Positions 22,273 through 33,393 of a stretch of 64,000 bases of DNA are shown here, piece by piece. The stretch covers positions 19,524 through 83,523 of the forward strand of contig JAADVB010000059.1 in the NCBI GenBank assembly GCA_023334545.1, in the 5' to 3' direction. Within the stretch, counting starts at the first letter, position 1. The number at the start of each line of letters is the position of its first letter. The position numbers were made by a program, and so were the translations under genes. The notes under the pieces were generated by a model, which was not told the DNA's origin, did not search any database, and saw only the letters and a list, made by a program, of their open reading frames with translations. This stretch comes from Salisapilia sapeloensis CBS 127946 (lineage: Eukaryota; Protista; Oomycota).

Positions 22273-23898
22273 ATGTACGGATCGATCGACGACTCCATGT
22301 ACGGATTCCAGAGACCGATGCAATCTACTCCGGATGATCGTCCGCGAAGGAGAGCGATAAAACCCATCGCTTTCACGGCATCGATCATTGCCACCCTCCT
22401 TGTGCTCACAGCCGTCACCAAGCACACGACCAGTAGCAGTGATACACCACTACGTATCGATCCTGCTACAACGAAAGAGCATCACCATAAAAGCGCAGTG
22501 ATCTCATCGAACAAGGACGTCGTACCAGACGATCAAGTCACCTTTGTTCCAGGCTTCGGCCAGCCTCTTGAGACACAGGTATTCGCTCTTCCACTGTTTA
22601 ACATGTGCTATCCCACTGATCAAGATGTGTAATAGTATGCTGGACTAGCAATGGTGAATCCAGACCACGGCGGCGACCTCTTCTATTGGTTCTTCGAGAC
22701 GTCTGGCGTCAAGTCGCAAGACACGCCACTCTTGCTTTGGTTTAATGGAGGTCCGGCAGCTTCCTCCATGACAGGTATGTTGACTGAGAATGGTCCGTAT
22801 CGGATCCAGTCGAACGGAACGCTAGCCTCTCACCCATTCTCGTGGACGAATGTCGGTCACATGCTCTTCATCGACCAGCCAGTCGGCACTGGGTACTCGA
22901 CTGTCAAAGACGATGATGGGTACGTGAACAACGAAGAGGAGATGGCAGATCAAGTGTACAAAGCTCTTCAAGTCTTTTTTAAAAAGCATCCAGAATACTT
23001 GTCCAATCCGTTATATGTTTGTGGCGAAAGCTATGCTGGCAAGTACGTCCCGTACATCTCCAACCGCATCCACAGACAGAATGAAATCGTACAGCAGCAA
23101 CAAATGAATCCGAATGGCGAGACTGGTGACCTATACCTCCATTTCTACGGCCTAGCGATCGGCAATGGTCTCATCTGGCCAGTCCTTCAAACACGTTCCG
23201 TTCCGGACTATGCTATCTCTCTAGGTCTCATCGATTCGCAAGAGTATGAGCGAGCAAACTCTCAGATTAGTGTCTGTGAAGAGTTGCATCGACAGGGAAA
23301 GCAGGTGGAAGCGTTTAAATGGTGTCGAGCTGCCATTGATGAAATCTATGAAAGTGCTGGAAACCCTTTCATCTATGACATTCGAGAGCACAATCCCAAT
23401 CTCTTTGACGATATCTCCAAGAGTCTGTCGACGTACTTTAACGACAAGGCAGTCCGTCAAGCTCTACACGTTCCAGCGGATCGACAGTGGCAGTCAATTG
23501 ATGGCGGCGCGTACGACCCAACGTCGGCGGACATCCCTCCTGTCGTCCAACATTTTACGCAAGACGAGATATTGGATGTCCCGATTGATATCCTTCGAGA
23601 TTTGTTAAACAACTACCGAGTGCTCTTTTATGCTGGAAACATGGACGGATCGACTTGTAACAATCTCGGCGTCGCTCGTATCATCGATCGACTCGCGTGG
23701 GAAGGCACACCCAAGTACCGTGCTGCACCTCGTATGCCATGGCGCATGGACGGCGATGTCGTCGGACTGGCGAAAGCGACTGGTAATATGAGTTTCGTCG
23801 TGGTCACCAACTCTGGGCATCTCGTACCTCGCGATCAACCAGCCGCCGCTCTGGACATGATGCGTCGGTTTGTCCAGGAAGAATCGTTTGCGACCTAA
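22273..23898 (+). CDS. Serine carboxypeptidase (S10) with N-terminal type-II TM anchor; intron 22579-22634
   Basis: [17 protein letters not shown], catalytic GESYAG, GNG, MDGSTCN and [11 protein letters not shown] segment [17 protein letters not shown]. Confidence 0.92.
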
Positions 23899-24036
23899 TG
23901 TTGGTCATCAAGTGTTTCCATCGACATGCTCATGGGAGTACATTGTTGATAAAAGGATCTTGCATCGACATTGGTTTAAACGAAAAAAGAAATGAAACTT
24001 GTTGCTACTTCCTACACCATTTAATTCGATCGAGAG

Positions 24037-25118
24037 TTAATTCAAAATCGACGACAACGCATACGGATTCGACTTGACATTTTGGACGCGGGATTCTTGA
24101 CCGAGTGATAGGAGTGTCTCGACGGCACTTGATTGTTCTGTCTTTCGCACCTTGAGGTTATCCGAATCAGACAAGTGAGAGGAGCAGAGACCCCCTTTCT
24201 TTGCGCGAGCACTGCACCCGCTGAGTTTACATCGGCGGCCACCGCCGTGGCTATAGCATAAGCCGCCACTTTCGGCACTGCTTTTGCATCCGTCCATACG
24301 ACATCGACGTCCGCCACCGTGGCGTTTGCACAAGTCGCGACTAACGGCTCCGTTGGAACAACCTTCGATACGACATCGTCGACCGCCACCATGGCTGTAA
24401 CAGAAACCTCGACTGCGGGAACTGTTCTTGCACATGGGAAAGTCACACTTCTTCGGATAAACATGGCGTTTGGTGCTTGGAGGTGTGAACGACGTGAACT
24501 CTCGCCAGTCGTCTGCCATGCTAGCAGATCTTGTCGTCGGTCTGGAAATGTCGTCTTGACTCGTACTTGAAGTGCACTCACTCTCGCTCCGATACAGAGT
24601 CGGTTTTTCTTCGCTCCTGCCACGATCATTGTGAGGTGGTAACAAGGGCGCTCGAGGTAAAGGAGATGCAGTGTACACTGGCGTGTGGGTACGGTGGTGC
24701 TGGGTCGGACCGTTAGTTGCATACGATGGATTCGGCATCGTTGGGTCGCTCATATACGGAGATTTGAACGCGTCACTTGTGAACGGCGACTCGTTCGTCT
24801 CGTAGGAGAGGACGCCGTATCTGCTCATCTCGAACTTGGGCGGGGTTTCCAATACCATTCTAGCTGGCGTGTCGGAACCCACTCTCGCGGATGTAACGTA
24901 CGATTGGAGAGCTGGGGGTGGAGATAGCACATCTAAATTGGAGGATGGGAACTTGGTTGTAGTACGTGTCGGTTGTACTGCTCCCGGGGAAGTCGTTGTC
25001 GTAGCGTCGGAGACGAGAGCGATACCATTGAGATCGTGCGTCGGTGGTGCCGTTTCGTTGAGTAGGTAGACCATGGTGCTTTCGTCGTGCTCTTTTGCGA
25101 GATATCTTTCCGATCTCA
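24037..25118 (-). CDS. Cx4-Cx10-CxxHGGG repeat zinc-finger protein (WRKY19-like zinc finger; putative transcription factor)
   Basis: Four tandem repeats, e.g. CRIEGCSNGAVSRDLCKRHGGGRR, after a low-complexity Ser/Thr/Pro-rich region. Start taken at MRSERY (approximate). Confidence 0.8.
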
Positions 25119-26280
25119 TGGTGCCTCGTTCTGCTCGAAGAGGCTGAGATGTGTAAATGAATCGTTGACGCGAGAGAGAAGGAGAGATGGGCACCTTCGA
25201 AAAGTCCTTGGGACAGAAACGAGGCTTTGGCTGCTTTGTACTCTCATCAACACGAGATATTTGCTTTCGTGATCAGATGCAAGTGTTTTCCATACGTCTA
25301 GATGAATCTGACTCAGCGCGATGGAGGCAGCGAAAGTCGATTTTCAAAATAAAACGCGGGCGTGGAAGTGGGGTTTAAATAGAAGAATGTCGTTGGAGAC
25401 CATCACTGATATGAAAGCATCTCCTCGACAGAAAGGAGGCTGCTGTAGAGTTGACCTGAGCAGGGTCTTCGTTCGACATATGATTCGTCGGCGGATGTGT
25501 GGGCCAGCACCAGCTCGTGCGGATGTGTAGCCGTTTGCAACTTGATTCGTCGTCAACACTGCAACTTTCCGCTTGGGAATGAACGCCCTATGCGACCCTC
25601 CTTTTTAATCTAATCCTGTAGACGAAGTTTCCTGTCAAGTTAAAACTTGGTGCATGGGATGGAAACTGAATGTAGAGGCTATGTCCGAGCATGACAGGTC
25701 GTTGACTGTTAGATTCTTCAGTGAAGTGTTCATTTTGTTGTAGAGATATCACGTGCTATGCACTGTATACTAGAATGGCGTGTCAAGGAAATTGTGGAGC
25801 AGACAGGCTGGTGCGAGCAGCAATCAACCCGTTCAAGACGGTATACGAATGTACACCGCCTCGAACCCCCTGACGCATCCCGTGGCAACGTGGACGATAG
25901 TTCAAACTGCTGTCAATGTGAAACCTATCGATGAGTAGGGAACACATCCATACGCCGAAATGCTCTATCAGTCCGTATTTCTCTCTGTAGGGACTTGGCA
26001 AGACCCCAATTCCTTGAACCGCAGACATGTCATCTCGGAACTTGCAAGGTCATCGTCTCATGTCAAGTATTCCAATTGATTGGCATAAATAGTAAATTAC
26101 GTCTCGCCATTCGTGGAAAACATACAGTCGCACAAAGTATGCACGTTCTAAATACCTTCGTTATTTATAACACCAAAACGGAAATAAAACGAGAACAACT
26201 TCGCACGGAAGGACGATAAAGTGCCTTCACTTGCGACTGCATTGGCGCTCTTTTCAGCAGTCTAAGCACTCGTCACGCAC

Positions 26281-27508
26281 ATGTCCAGCACCATGAACCG
26301 CAACGTCCGGCCAGAGAATGTCGAGTTCACCGTCAAAGTACGTACGGCTCTATAAATGACCTGTACGCCATCTCATGTAAAACGAATAGGCTGAGGAAGA
26401 CCTCGTGCTCACAGGGCAGCAGCGGTCAATCGTACGTGTGCCAGCGAACAACATGTACTCTTGTCTGATGCAAAAAACACAACGCTTTTCCTCTCTCTTT
26501 CGGCACTACAGCAAGCACCACGGTCTCCCTCGTGAGTCCCTCGACTTTTTCTTTACGGTACACACCCACCTTTTTCCTCTTTTGACTTCTTCTCATGTCG
26601 CTTCATAGGATCGACTCGATGCAGAAGACTCTCCTGACTCTGTACACTTACAAAAGGTACGACTCAACTACATGTACCCACTAACACCGGAAGCTTAATT
26701 CACTCGTAGAACGACATTATCACTGTCCGTCGACGTACCTGCACTTCCGCCATGACGATGCCAGCGATTACAGACGATGACTACTTTACTGCTATGCGGC
26801 AACTTTATTTCGTACGTCCTGTATGTGCACTCAAAACCTCTACCAAGTGGTAAGCAATCGAATAGAGTGAAGAAGGAAGCGATGTAGTCTTGGAAGTCGG
26901 CCCGGAGAAAAAGGTTCTACGTGCCCATCGCCTCATTCTTTGCAGTCGTAGCGAAATCTTTCGTGCGATGCTCAAGCCAGGAAGTATGCGCGAAAGCGAG
27001 GATGGTGTCATTCGCATGGAAGACTGTAGTCCAGACATGGTGTCCAAGATGCTCGAATACATTTACTCGAACCGTGTCGCGGACATTGAAGATCTTACTT
27101 CCATCGTACGTCTCCTACTTGCTAGCTACCGGATCGTATAAACTAACTTGTCTGCTGTAGCAATTGGTGGATCTCTTGACATTAGCCGATCAGTACTTAC
27201 TTCCAGCGCTGAAGCAACTATGTGAGGCTGCAGCAATGAAAGCTGTTGGCATTGGCAACGTTGGTCGCTTCTTGTCTGCAGCAGAGAACTTCCGGGCGAT
27301 GTTTTTGAAAGACTATTGTATCACCTACGTCATGGAGCACTTGCAGGAGCTTATTGACGATGAAAACTTTAAAATGGAAGTGGAAGAGTGTCCGTCCATG
27401 GCGCTGACGATCCTTCGTGCATCGACCAAGTCATCCACAATATCCGTCGAGCCTCCAGTCTCGAAGAGGAGACGGCTGAATATGCCGTTTGATGACGACA
27501 CATACTAG
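26281..27508 (+). CDS. SUMO-like domain + BTB/POZ + BACK-like protein, 320 aa; exons 26281-26337, 26390-26557, 26609-26656, 26710-26811, 26866-27105, 27161-27508
   Basis: Five canonical phase-0 GT-AG introns give one open frame. SUMO-like FSSLFRHYSKHHGLPRESLDFFFT|DRLDAEDSPDSVHLQK|NDIITV; BTB SDVVLEV...AHRLILCSRSEIFRAML; LLTLADQYLLPALKQLCE. Confidence 0.85.
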
Positions 27509-27611
27509 CTCTTGTCGTCGACTAGCCTATTTAAATCCTACGTTTCCTTTGCACGCTGTACTTTAACGTCGCAGTACACAATCAATGCAGTTTGCTTCTC
27601 AAAAAAGAATT

Positions 27612-29957
27612 TTAGTCTTCATGTGATTCAAATGCAAAGCTACCAAACTCGTCATTCCAGTCTCGATACAAGGCCAAGTCTTTCGACGATACGCTCGGTC
27701 GGACCTAGCTAACCATAAGACATGAGAAACAATATATAAAAGAGAAGACATACACTTCGAAGTGCAGAGTGGAAGTCGGGGAGTTCAATTGGTCGGACAG
27801 AATCTGCATCCATTGTGCGAATATCTGTGACGCTACGGATCGGACCCATGGCTGCTTCCGTGCACAGAGATCTCACGTCTGCTCCAGAGTAACCTACCAA
27901 CTATACATCAGTGTCGTCCGTGTAATTGGAGATAGAGGAATATACCCTTGGTTTTATCTGCAATGGATTTGATGTCATCTTCGGATAAGTTGTGCTTGTT
28001 GTTCTTAAGCAGTCGAGCCGTGAGCTCCAGTCGAGGCTCGAGCGATGGTAGTGGGATGTACAGCCGTTTGACGAATCGTCGTCGAGCTGCTTCATCTAGT
28101 TCCTGAGGACGGTTCGTCGCGCCGACTACAAGGACAACGTCCGATGCTTTCGTACCAGCTCCATCCAACTGAACGAGGAACTCGGTCTTGATCCGTCGAC
28201 TCGCCTCATTATCTTCCGAACTGCGTTGCGTCAAAAGCGAATCGATTTCGTCAATGAAGATCACGGAAGGCTGCTTGACAGACGCTACGGCGAACAACGT
28301 ACGCACGAGTTTCTCTCCTTCTCCAATCCACTTACTTGTCAAGGAACTCGCGGAGATACTAAAGAACGTCGCACCAGACTGGTTTGCTATCGCCTTCCCG
28401 ATCAGGGTTTTACCTGTTCCCGGTGGACCGAAGAGAAGAAGTCCTTTTGGCAGGGCACGTAAACCAGTGAAGATGTCTGGTCGAGCCATGGGCCAAATGA
28501 CGAGCTCATTGACACATTTCTTTGCGAATGACAGTCCGGCAATGTCGTCGAAGGACACTGGGTCGCTGTTATCGACGATCTCCATCTCGATTTTACTTAC
28601 CAGCTCTGGATCACAAGATTTTAATCGAGGATCGACGTCTTCTGCTGATGGATCAGTGTCTTCTTTCGTCTTTGATCGACTGGATGACTTTGTTGACTTA
28701 GATCCACCTACAGGAGACACAAACTTTCTTGATACGGCAGATGTGTCGAGATTGTACGCATCGGTAGGGTCATCATCATCAGAATGGCTTGGACCGAGTA
28801 AGACGTTGGCGTTTACAGGGTGATAGACCCCACGTTTTGGTTGTCCCATACTATTCCGCCGATTGGACTTCTTTGGTTCATCCTTTTCATCTTCATACCG
28901 ACCATTCCGTCGATCCGTCTGATGTATAATATGTAAGTGGAAGGTGAAAGAGTGCATATACTAGTTGTAGTACCTGTAGCTGCTGTCCAGCTGTACGAAA
29001 AGGGTTTCCTTGTCCACGGTCGTTGCGATCATGTGCCGGTGTCGGATTCATACTTCGTCTAGGAGCCTTATGGACAGGCATTTCCTCGTCGTCCGAGTCT
29101 GTTCGAGGTGTCTTCTTTCGTAGTAAAGAGGCAAGAGAAGTTGGGTTGGACGCGACCGCATTTTCATCTTGTGCTGGACGTGATCGAGCAGGTTCTTCGC
29201 TCATACGAACGTGCTCATAAGGTTCGTTCTGCTTACTAGCTTGAATAGAGTGTGCCGTTACTTCCGTTGCAATTCCTGCTAAAGGATGTGTAGGTTTGGC
29301 TGTAGATGTCGAGCTAGATGATGGAAGCGGCTCGGAGGGTGGCTCTTTCGCAGTTAAAAAGTTAAATGGGAAAAAGGAAAAGGATAGTGGCTCGGGAACT
29401 TCTTCTGAAGCAGAGGTAACTTCGTCCGCTTGCTCTTGACTGTTTGTATGCTACGCACAACGTTTAACACTATTATCATACATAGTCATCCTCATACTGA
29501 TATACCGGTTGTGATGCCGATGACGCAGTTATTTCTTCCTGTATACGATCAAGCGTGGCAACAGGTGCTCCCGACCATCGATGCCGATTCTTTTCACGAA
29601 GTTTACGTCGTCTTGCTAAGAGTTGCTCATCTAAACTTGACCCCGCGCTATCACGTTGCCTCTGTAGCTGCACTATAATATTCATTCCACAAGTAAGCAA
29701 GCAAATAAACCTAGATCAAATATATAAAGCAACACACTAGTCCCTCTACAACTCCACTATCTACTGTATCAATGCAAATGCTTTCACGTACCGTAGTTGG
29801 CGGTATGTCGGCGACGCAACAGCTTTGCTGTCCCTGTTTCAGGTGTCCCAAGACAGATTGCAGCATCCAAGTGGTTGATCAAGTCCCACTCTGTGTCCAT
29901 ATCAATGTCATCGTCTTTCATGCGCTTAGCATAAGCATCTTCATGTGCATGCGCCAT
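27612..29957 (-). CDS. FIGNL1: Fidgetin-like 1 AAA+ ATPase; multi-exon, 5' exons approximate
   Basis: [63 protein letters not shown], spliced GYSGAD and final exon [22 protein letters not shown]. Confidence 0.88.
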
Positions 29958-30083
29958 GCCGGAAATTGGCGGCAACGTTTGTTGTCTCGATTTTGACCAC
30001 TCCACTTCACTATTGTACAATTTCAATTTACTTTTTGTAAGTGTTAAACACTTTCGAGGAACAATTTACGGACACAAGTTGAG

Positions 30084-31634
30084 ATGAGGTGTCTACGACC
30101 GTCTCGTCCCTTCTACAGAGCTTTTAACTGCTTCTACAGTGGTGGCAGGCTATATAGTCTATTTGGTGGTGGAAAGAAACCTACCTCTGGTCCTGTATTG
30201 ACCCAATCCGATGGTTATGCGCTATTTCCAGAGGAGACACACTGCCTTCTAGGTGTGAATGGCAGTGGGAAGTCGAAGTTTCTGCAAGAATTGCAGCAGA
30301 CGTCCACTGTATCTTCATCTGGAACACGCAAAACAGTGCATGTATCCCCAATCAGCTTGGACACGCATCGAGAATTCCTAAAAACGGATGGCGACAGAAT
30401 TCTTGCAGATGTACTAGGCGGCGTGTCCTCCCCTGACACGAGAGACATCCTCGTACGCTTAGGCTTGTTTCCAATTTGGAAATCCAGAATTAGGCATCTG
30501 TCAACGGGTGAAATTCGAAAGGCGTTGCTCGCAAGAGAGCTACTAAGAAATCCTAAAGTCGACGTCTTGTTGCTTGATCAACCATTTGACGGATTGGATG
30601 TCAAGGCACGAGGACAATTACAGCATCTTCTGGAGCAAACTTCCAAGGGCTTTACGAGACTACTGGTGGATACTGGTGGAAAAAATCTTGCGAACGCATA
30701 TAAAACGCAGTTAGTACTCGTTGTGAATCGCATCGAGCACGCCACATCCTCCAAATTTTTAACGCATGCTGTCTTTCTGCCAAAGTCTGAGAGTGAGGAT
30801 GACACGTACGCTACAGATATTGTAGCGTATTCACCGCAAAAGAATATGCAGTTACAGATACAGGACTTTTTCGAACAAGAACAAAGTAAGAGTTGGGCTG
30901 GCAAACGAGCGATGAGCAGTTCAGAATTGACTGGTCTCGTCTCTTCTTTATATGCAGATGCAAGGGATACGTCCCGTCCTGCAGTCGAATTTGTTGGTCT
31001 GAGTATTGCTTATGGTGACCGTACACTTCTTGATGATCTCCATTTCAGTCGTTCTCGAAAGGAACATTGGGCATTATTAGGTCCGAATGGATCTGGTAAA
31101 AGTTCACTCATGCGTGTCTTGACGCAGATGCCTGGCCACGGACACATCGGTGGAGACATGTTTATAAATGGCATGAAGGCGGATGACACGGAGATCGACG
31201 GAATGGTTGAAATGGTATCAACGGATCAACATATCAAACTTCTAGAGCGTAGTCTCTCAGACACATCCTTAACTGCCAGTCGTCTTATCGAGGAGAAGGC
31301 TGCATCTGTTGAAAAGGCAGAAATTGCAAGTGATCTTTTCGCACTTGATACTAATCTCTTGTCTCGGTCGTTCACGTCATTGTCCAATGGAGAACAGCGC
31401 CTCGTCATGATCGCTCGAGCCATCGCCGCATGTCCAGAGGTGCTCGTCCTTGACGAAATTACGCACGGACTCGATCCTTATAATCGACAGCATGTTCTCC
31501 AAGTGATCAATACGATCGGTACGCATGCATCTCATGCCGTGCATTTGATCTTAATCACACATCATGACGATGAGATCGTTCCTTGCTTCCAAGATGTTTT
31601 CGAAATTCAAGACACGACATTGCACAAACGATAG
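30084..31634 (+). CDS. ModF-like soluble twin-NBD ABC ATPase, no TM domain, possible mitochondrial presequence
   Basis: Walker A GVNGSGKS and GPNGSGKS; signatures LSTGE and LSNGE; Walker B LLLDQP and LVLDEI; H-loop ITHH. Confidence 0.8.
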   Translation: MRCLRPSRPFYRAFNCFYSGGRLYSLFGGGKKPTSGPVLTQSDGYALFPEETHCLLGVNGSGKSKFLQELQQTSTVSSSGTRKTVHVSPISLDTHREFLKTDGDRILADVLGGVSSPDTRDILVRLGLFPIWKSRIRHLSTGEIRKALLARELLRNPKVDVLLLDQPFDGLDVKARGQLQHLLEQTSKGFTRLLVDTGGKNLANAYKTQLVLVVNRIEHATSSKFLTHAVFLPKSESEDDTYATDIVAYSPQKNMQLQIQDFFEQEQSKSWAGKRAMSSSELTGLVSSLYADARDTSRPAVEFVGLSIAYGDRTLLDDLHFSRSRKEHWALLGPNGSGKSSLMRVLTQMPGHGHIGGDMFINGMKADDTEIDGMVEMVSTDQHIKLLERSLSDTSLTASRLIEEKAASVEKAEIASDLFALDTNLLSRSFTSLSNGEQRLVMIARAIAACPEVLVLDEITHGLDPYNRQHVLQVINTIGTHASHAVHLILITHHDDEIVPCFQDVFEIQDTTLHKR

Positions 31635-31681
31635 AGGTTTAAAAAAGAAAACAAGTGTGTTGTTGCTCTCGTTTCTAATGT

Positions 31682-33166
31682 CTACTTGGCGTACGGACAG
31701 TCGACGCCGTTCATCTCGACATAGACCGACTTGAGCTGCGTCCACGAGTCGGCGCCGGCAAGTCCGTTCTCACGGCCGAGACCAGACTTCTTGTAGCCAC
31801 CCCATGGTGTCTCCACGGGCGAAAGGTTGTAGTTGTTGATCCACGTCGTACCAGCCTGTAGATCGGCAATGACTCGGTGGGCACGCTGCAAGTCACGCGT
31901 GAAGACACCAGCAGAAAGACCGTAAATGGTGTCGTTGGCGCGCGCAACCACCTCCTCTTCATCATCAAATGGTAGGACCGTCATGACCATACCAAAGATC
32001 TCTTCCTTGACAATCGTCATCTCATCTTTGCAGTCGACAAAGATCGCTGGTGTCAAGAAGTATCCGTTTTTGAGCTCCTCCGACGGAACCACACGCTGTC
32101 CTCCCCCAGGTAATAGCGTTGCTCCTTCATCCTGACCGATCTGGATGTACTGCTGCACCTTTTCCATGTGCTTCTTGTGGACCATCGGTCCGATCTCCGT
32201 CGACTCGTCCAACGGATTGCCAATCTTCATCTTTAACGTACGCTCTTGCAACCTTTCGACGAACTTGTCAAAGATGTTGCGGTGGACGAACACACGCGTA
32301 CCATTGGAGCAGACTTCTCCGGACGAGAACCAATTGGCCATCATGGCACCCGATACAGCTTCTTCAAGATCCGCATCTTCAAACACGAGCAAAGGCGATT
32401 TTCCACCCAACTCCATCGTCGCTTTCTTTAAATCCCTCGCAGCGGCTTCGTACACCTTTGTACCCGTGGCTTTGGATCCGGTGAATGACACCTTGGCGAT
32501 TTTCTCATGCTCCGACAAGGCTTGGCCGGTGGATCCAGCACCCAGGACGACATTGAACACACCTTCTGGTACGCCAGCTTCCACAAGCGCTTCTCCAAAC
32601 TTCAAAGCCGTCAACGGCGTCTCTTCCGACGGCTTAAAGACCATCGAGTTACCGAAAGCGAGAGCAGGTGCTGCTTTCCAAGCGGCGCTTTGCAACGGAT
32701 AGTTCCAAGCACCGATGCCAGCCGTGACACCCAGCGGTTCACGACGAGTGTAAGCCCAGCTACCACCCGGCATGTCGAGCATCTGTCCTCCAACGGACGG
32801 CACGACACCACCATAGTAGTTGAGGCAGTCAGTGGCACTTAGGATGTCCGTCGTGGTCGTTTCAGCAATAGGGCGACCAGTGTCAATGGTCTCTAGCTTT
32901 GCAAGTTCATCCGTATTGGCCGTAAGAATGTCCGCAGCACGACGTAGGATAGCACCACGTTCCGTGGGCGAGTATTTCTTCCATTTGAGCTGTCCTTCGG
33001 CAGCAGCGTCGATGGCATCAGATACGGTCGAAGCGTCCGCTGGCGTGAACGTCGTTTCCGGCTTGTCCGTCCACGCGTTCATTAGCGTGATCGCCTCCGA
33101 TGAGGATGCGGAAGCGACGTACTTGCCGCCAATGTAATTTTTCACAGTCCGAAGTGCTTTGCTCAT
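31682..33166 (-). CDS. Betaine aldehyde dehydrogenase (BetB/ALDH9-like)
   Basis: GIGAWNYP, KPSE, FTGS, ELGGKSP, catalytic Cys in SSGEVCSNGTRVFV, EEIFG and PWGGYKKSGLGRENG. Intronless. Confidence 0.92.
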   Translation of the reverse strand: MSKALRTVKNYIGGKYVASASSSEAITLMNAWTDKPETTFTPADASTVSDAIDAAAEGQLKWKKYSPTERGAILRRAADILTANTDELAKLETIDTGRPIAETTTTDILSATDCLNYYGGVVPSVGGQMLDMPGGSWAYTRREPLGVTAGIGAWNYPLQSAAWKAAPALAFGNSMVFKPSEETPLTALKFGEALVEAGVPEGVFNVVLGAGSTGQALSEHEKIAKVSFTGSKATGTKVYEAAARDLKKATMELGGKSPLLVFEDADLEEAVSGAMMANWFSSGEVCSNGTRVFVHRNIFDKFVERLQERTLKMKIGNPLDESTEIGPMVHKKHMEKVQQYIQIGQDEGATLLPGGGQRVVPSEELKNGYFLTPAIFVDCKDEMTIVKEEIFGMVMTVLPFDDEEEVVARANDTIYGLSAGVFTRDLQRAHRVIADLQAGTTWINNYNLSPVETPWGGYKKSGLGRENGLAGADSWTQLKSVYVEMNGVDCPYAK

Positions 33167-33181
33167 GCTTAGTCGATGGTG

Positions 33182-33195
33182 AAAATGGAAAATGA
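33182..33195 (-). promoter_or_regulatory. Oomycete Inr+FPR core promoter element upstream of the ALDH gene
   Basis: Minus strand reads TCATTTTCCATTTT, an exact fit to TCATTYYNCAWTTY, 15 nt upstream of the ATG at 33166. Confidence 0.75.
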
Positions 33196-33393
33196 TCGAA
33201 TCTTGTACTACTTTTGTGTACGTCTGGCCAGACGTCTCATAATATCACCCACTTTACGTGTTTAGTCCACCGTACTGCGTGTTGCAAGTCACGCAATGAA
33301 TGGCGCTACTTTTTTCAGACTTGTATGCGTTTTACATGCCAATATGCAGAATAAAGTGAATATGAATGCAAGTTTTGATTGTCGACAAGTAAG

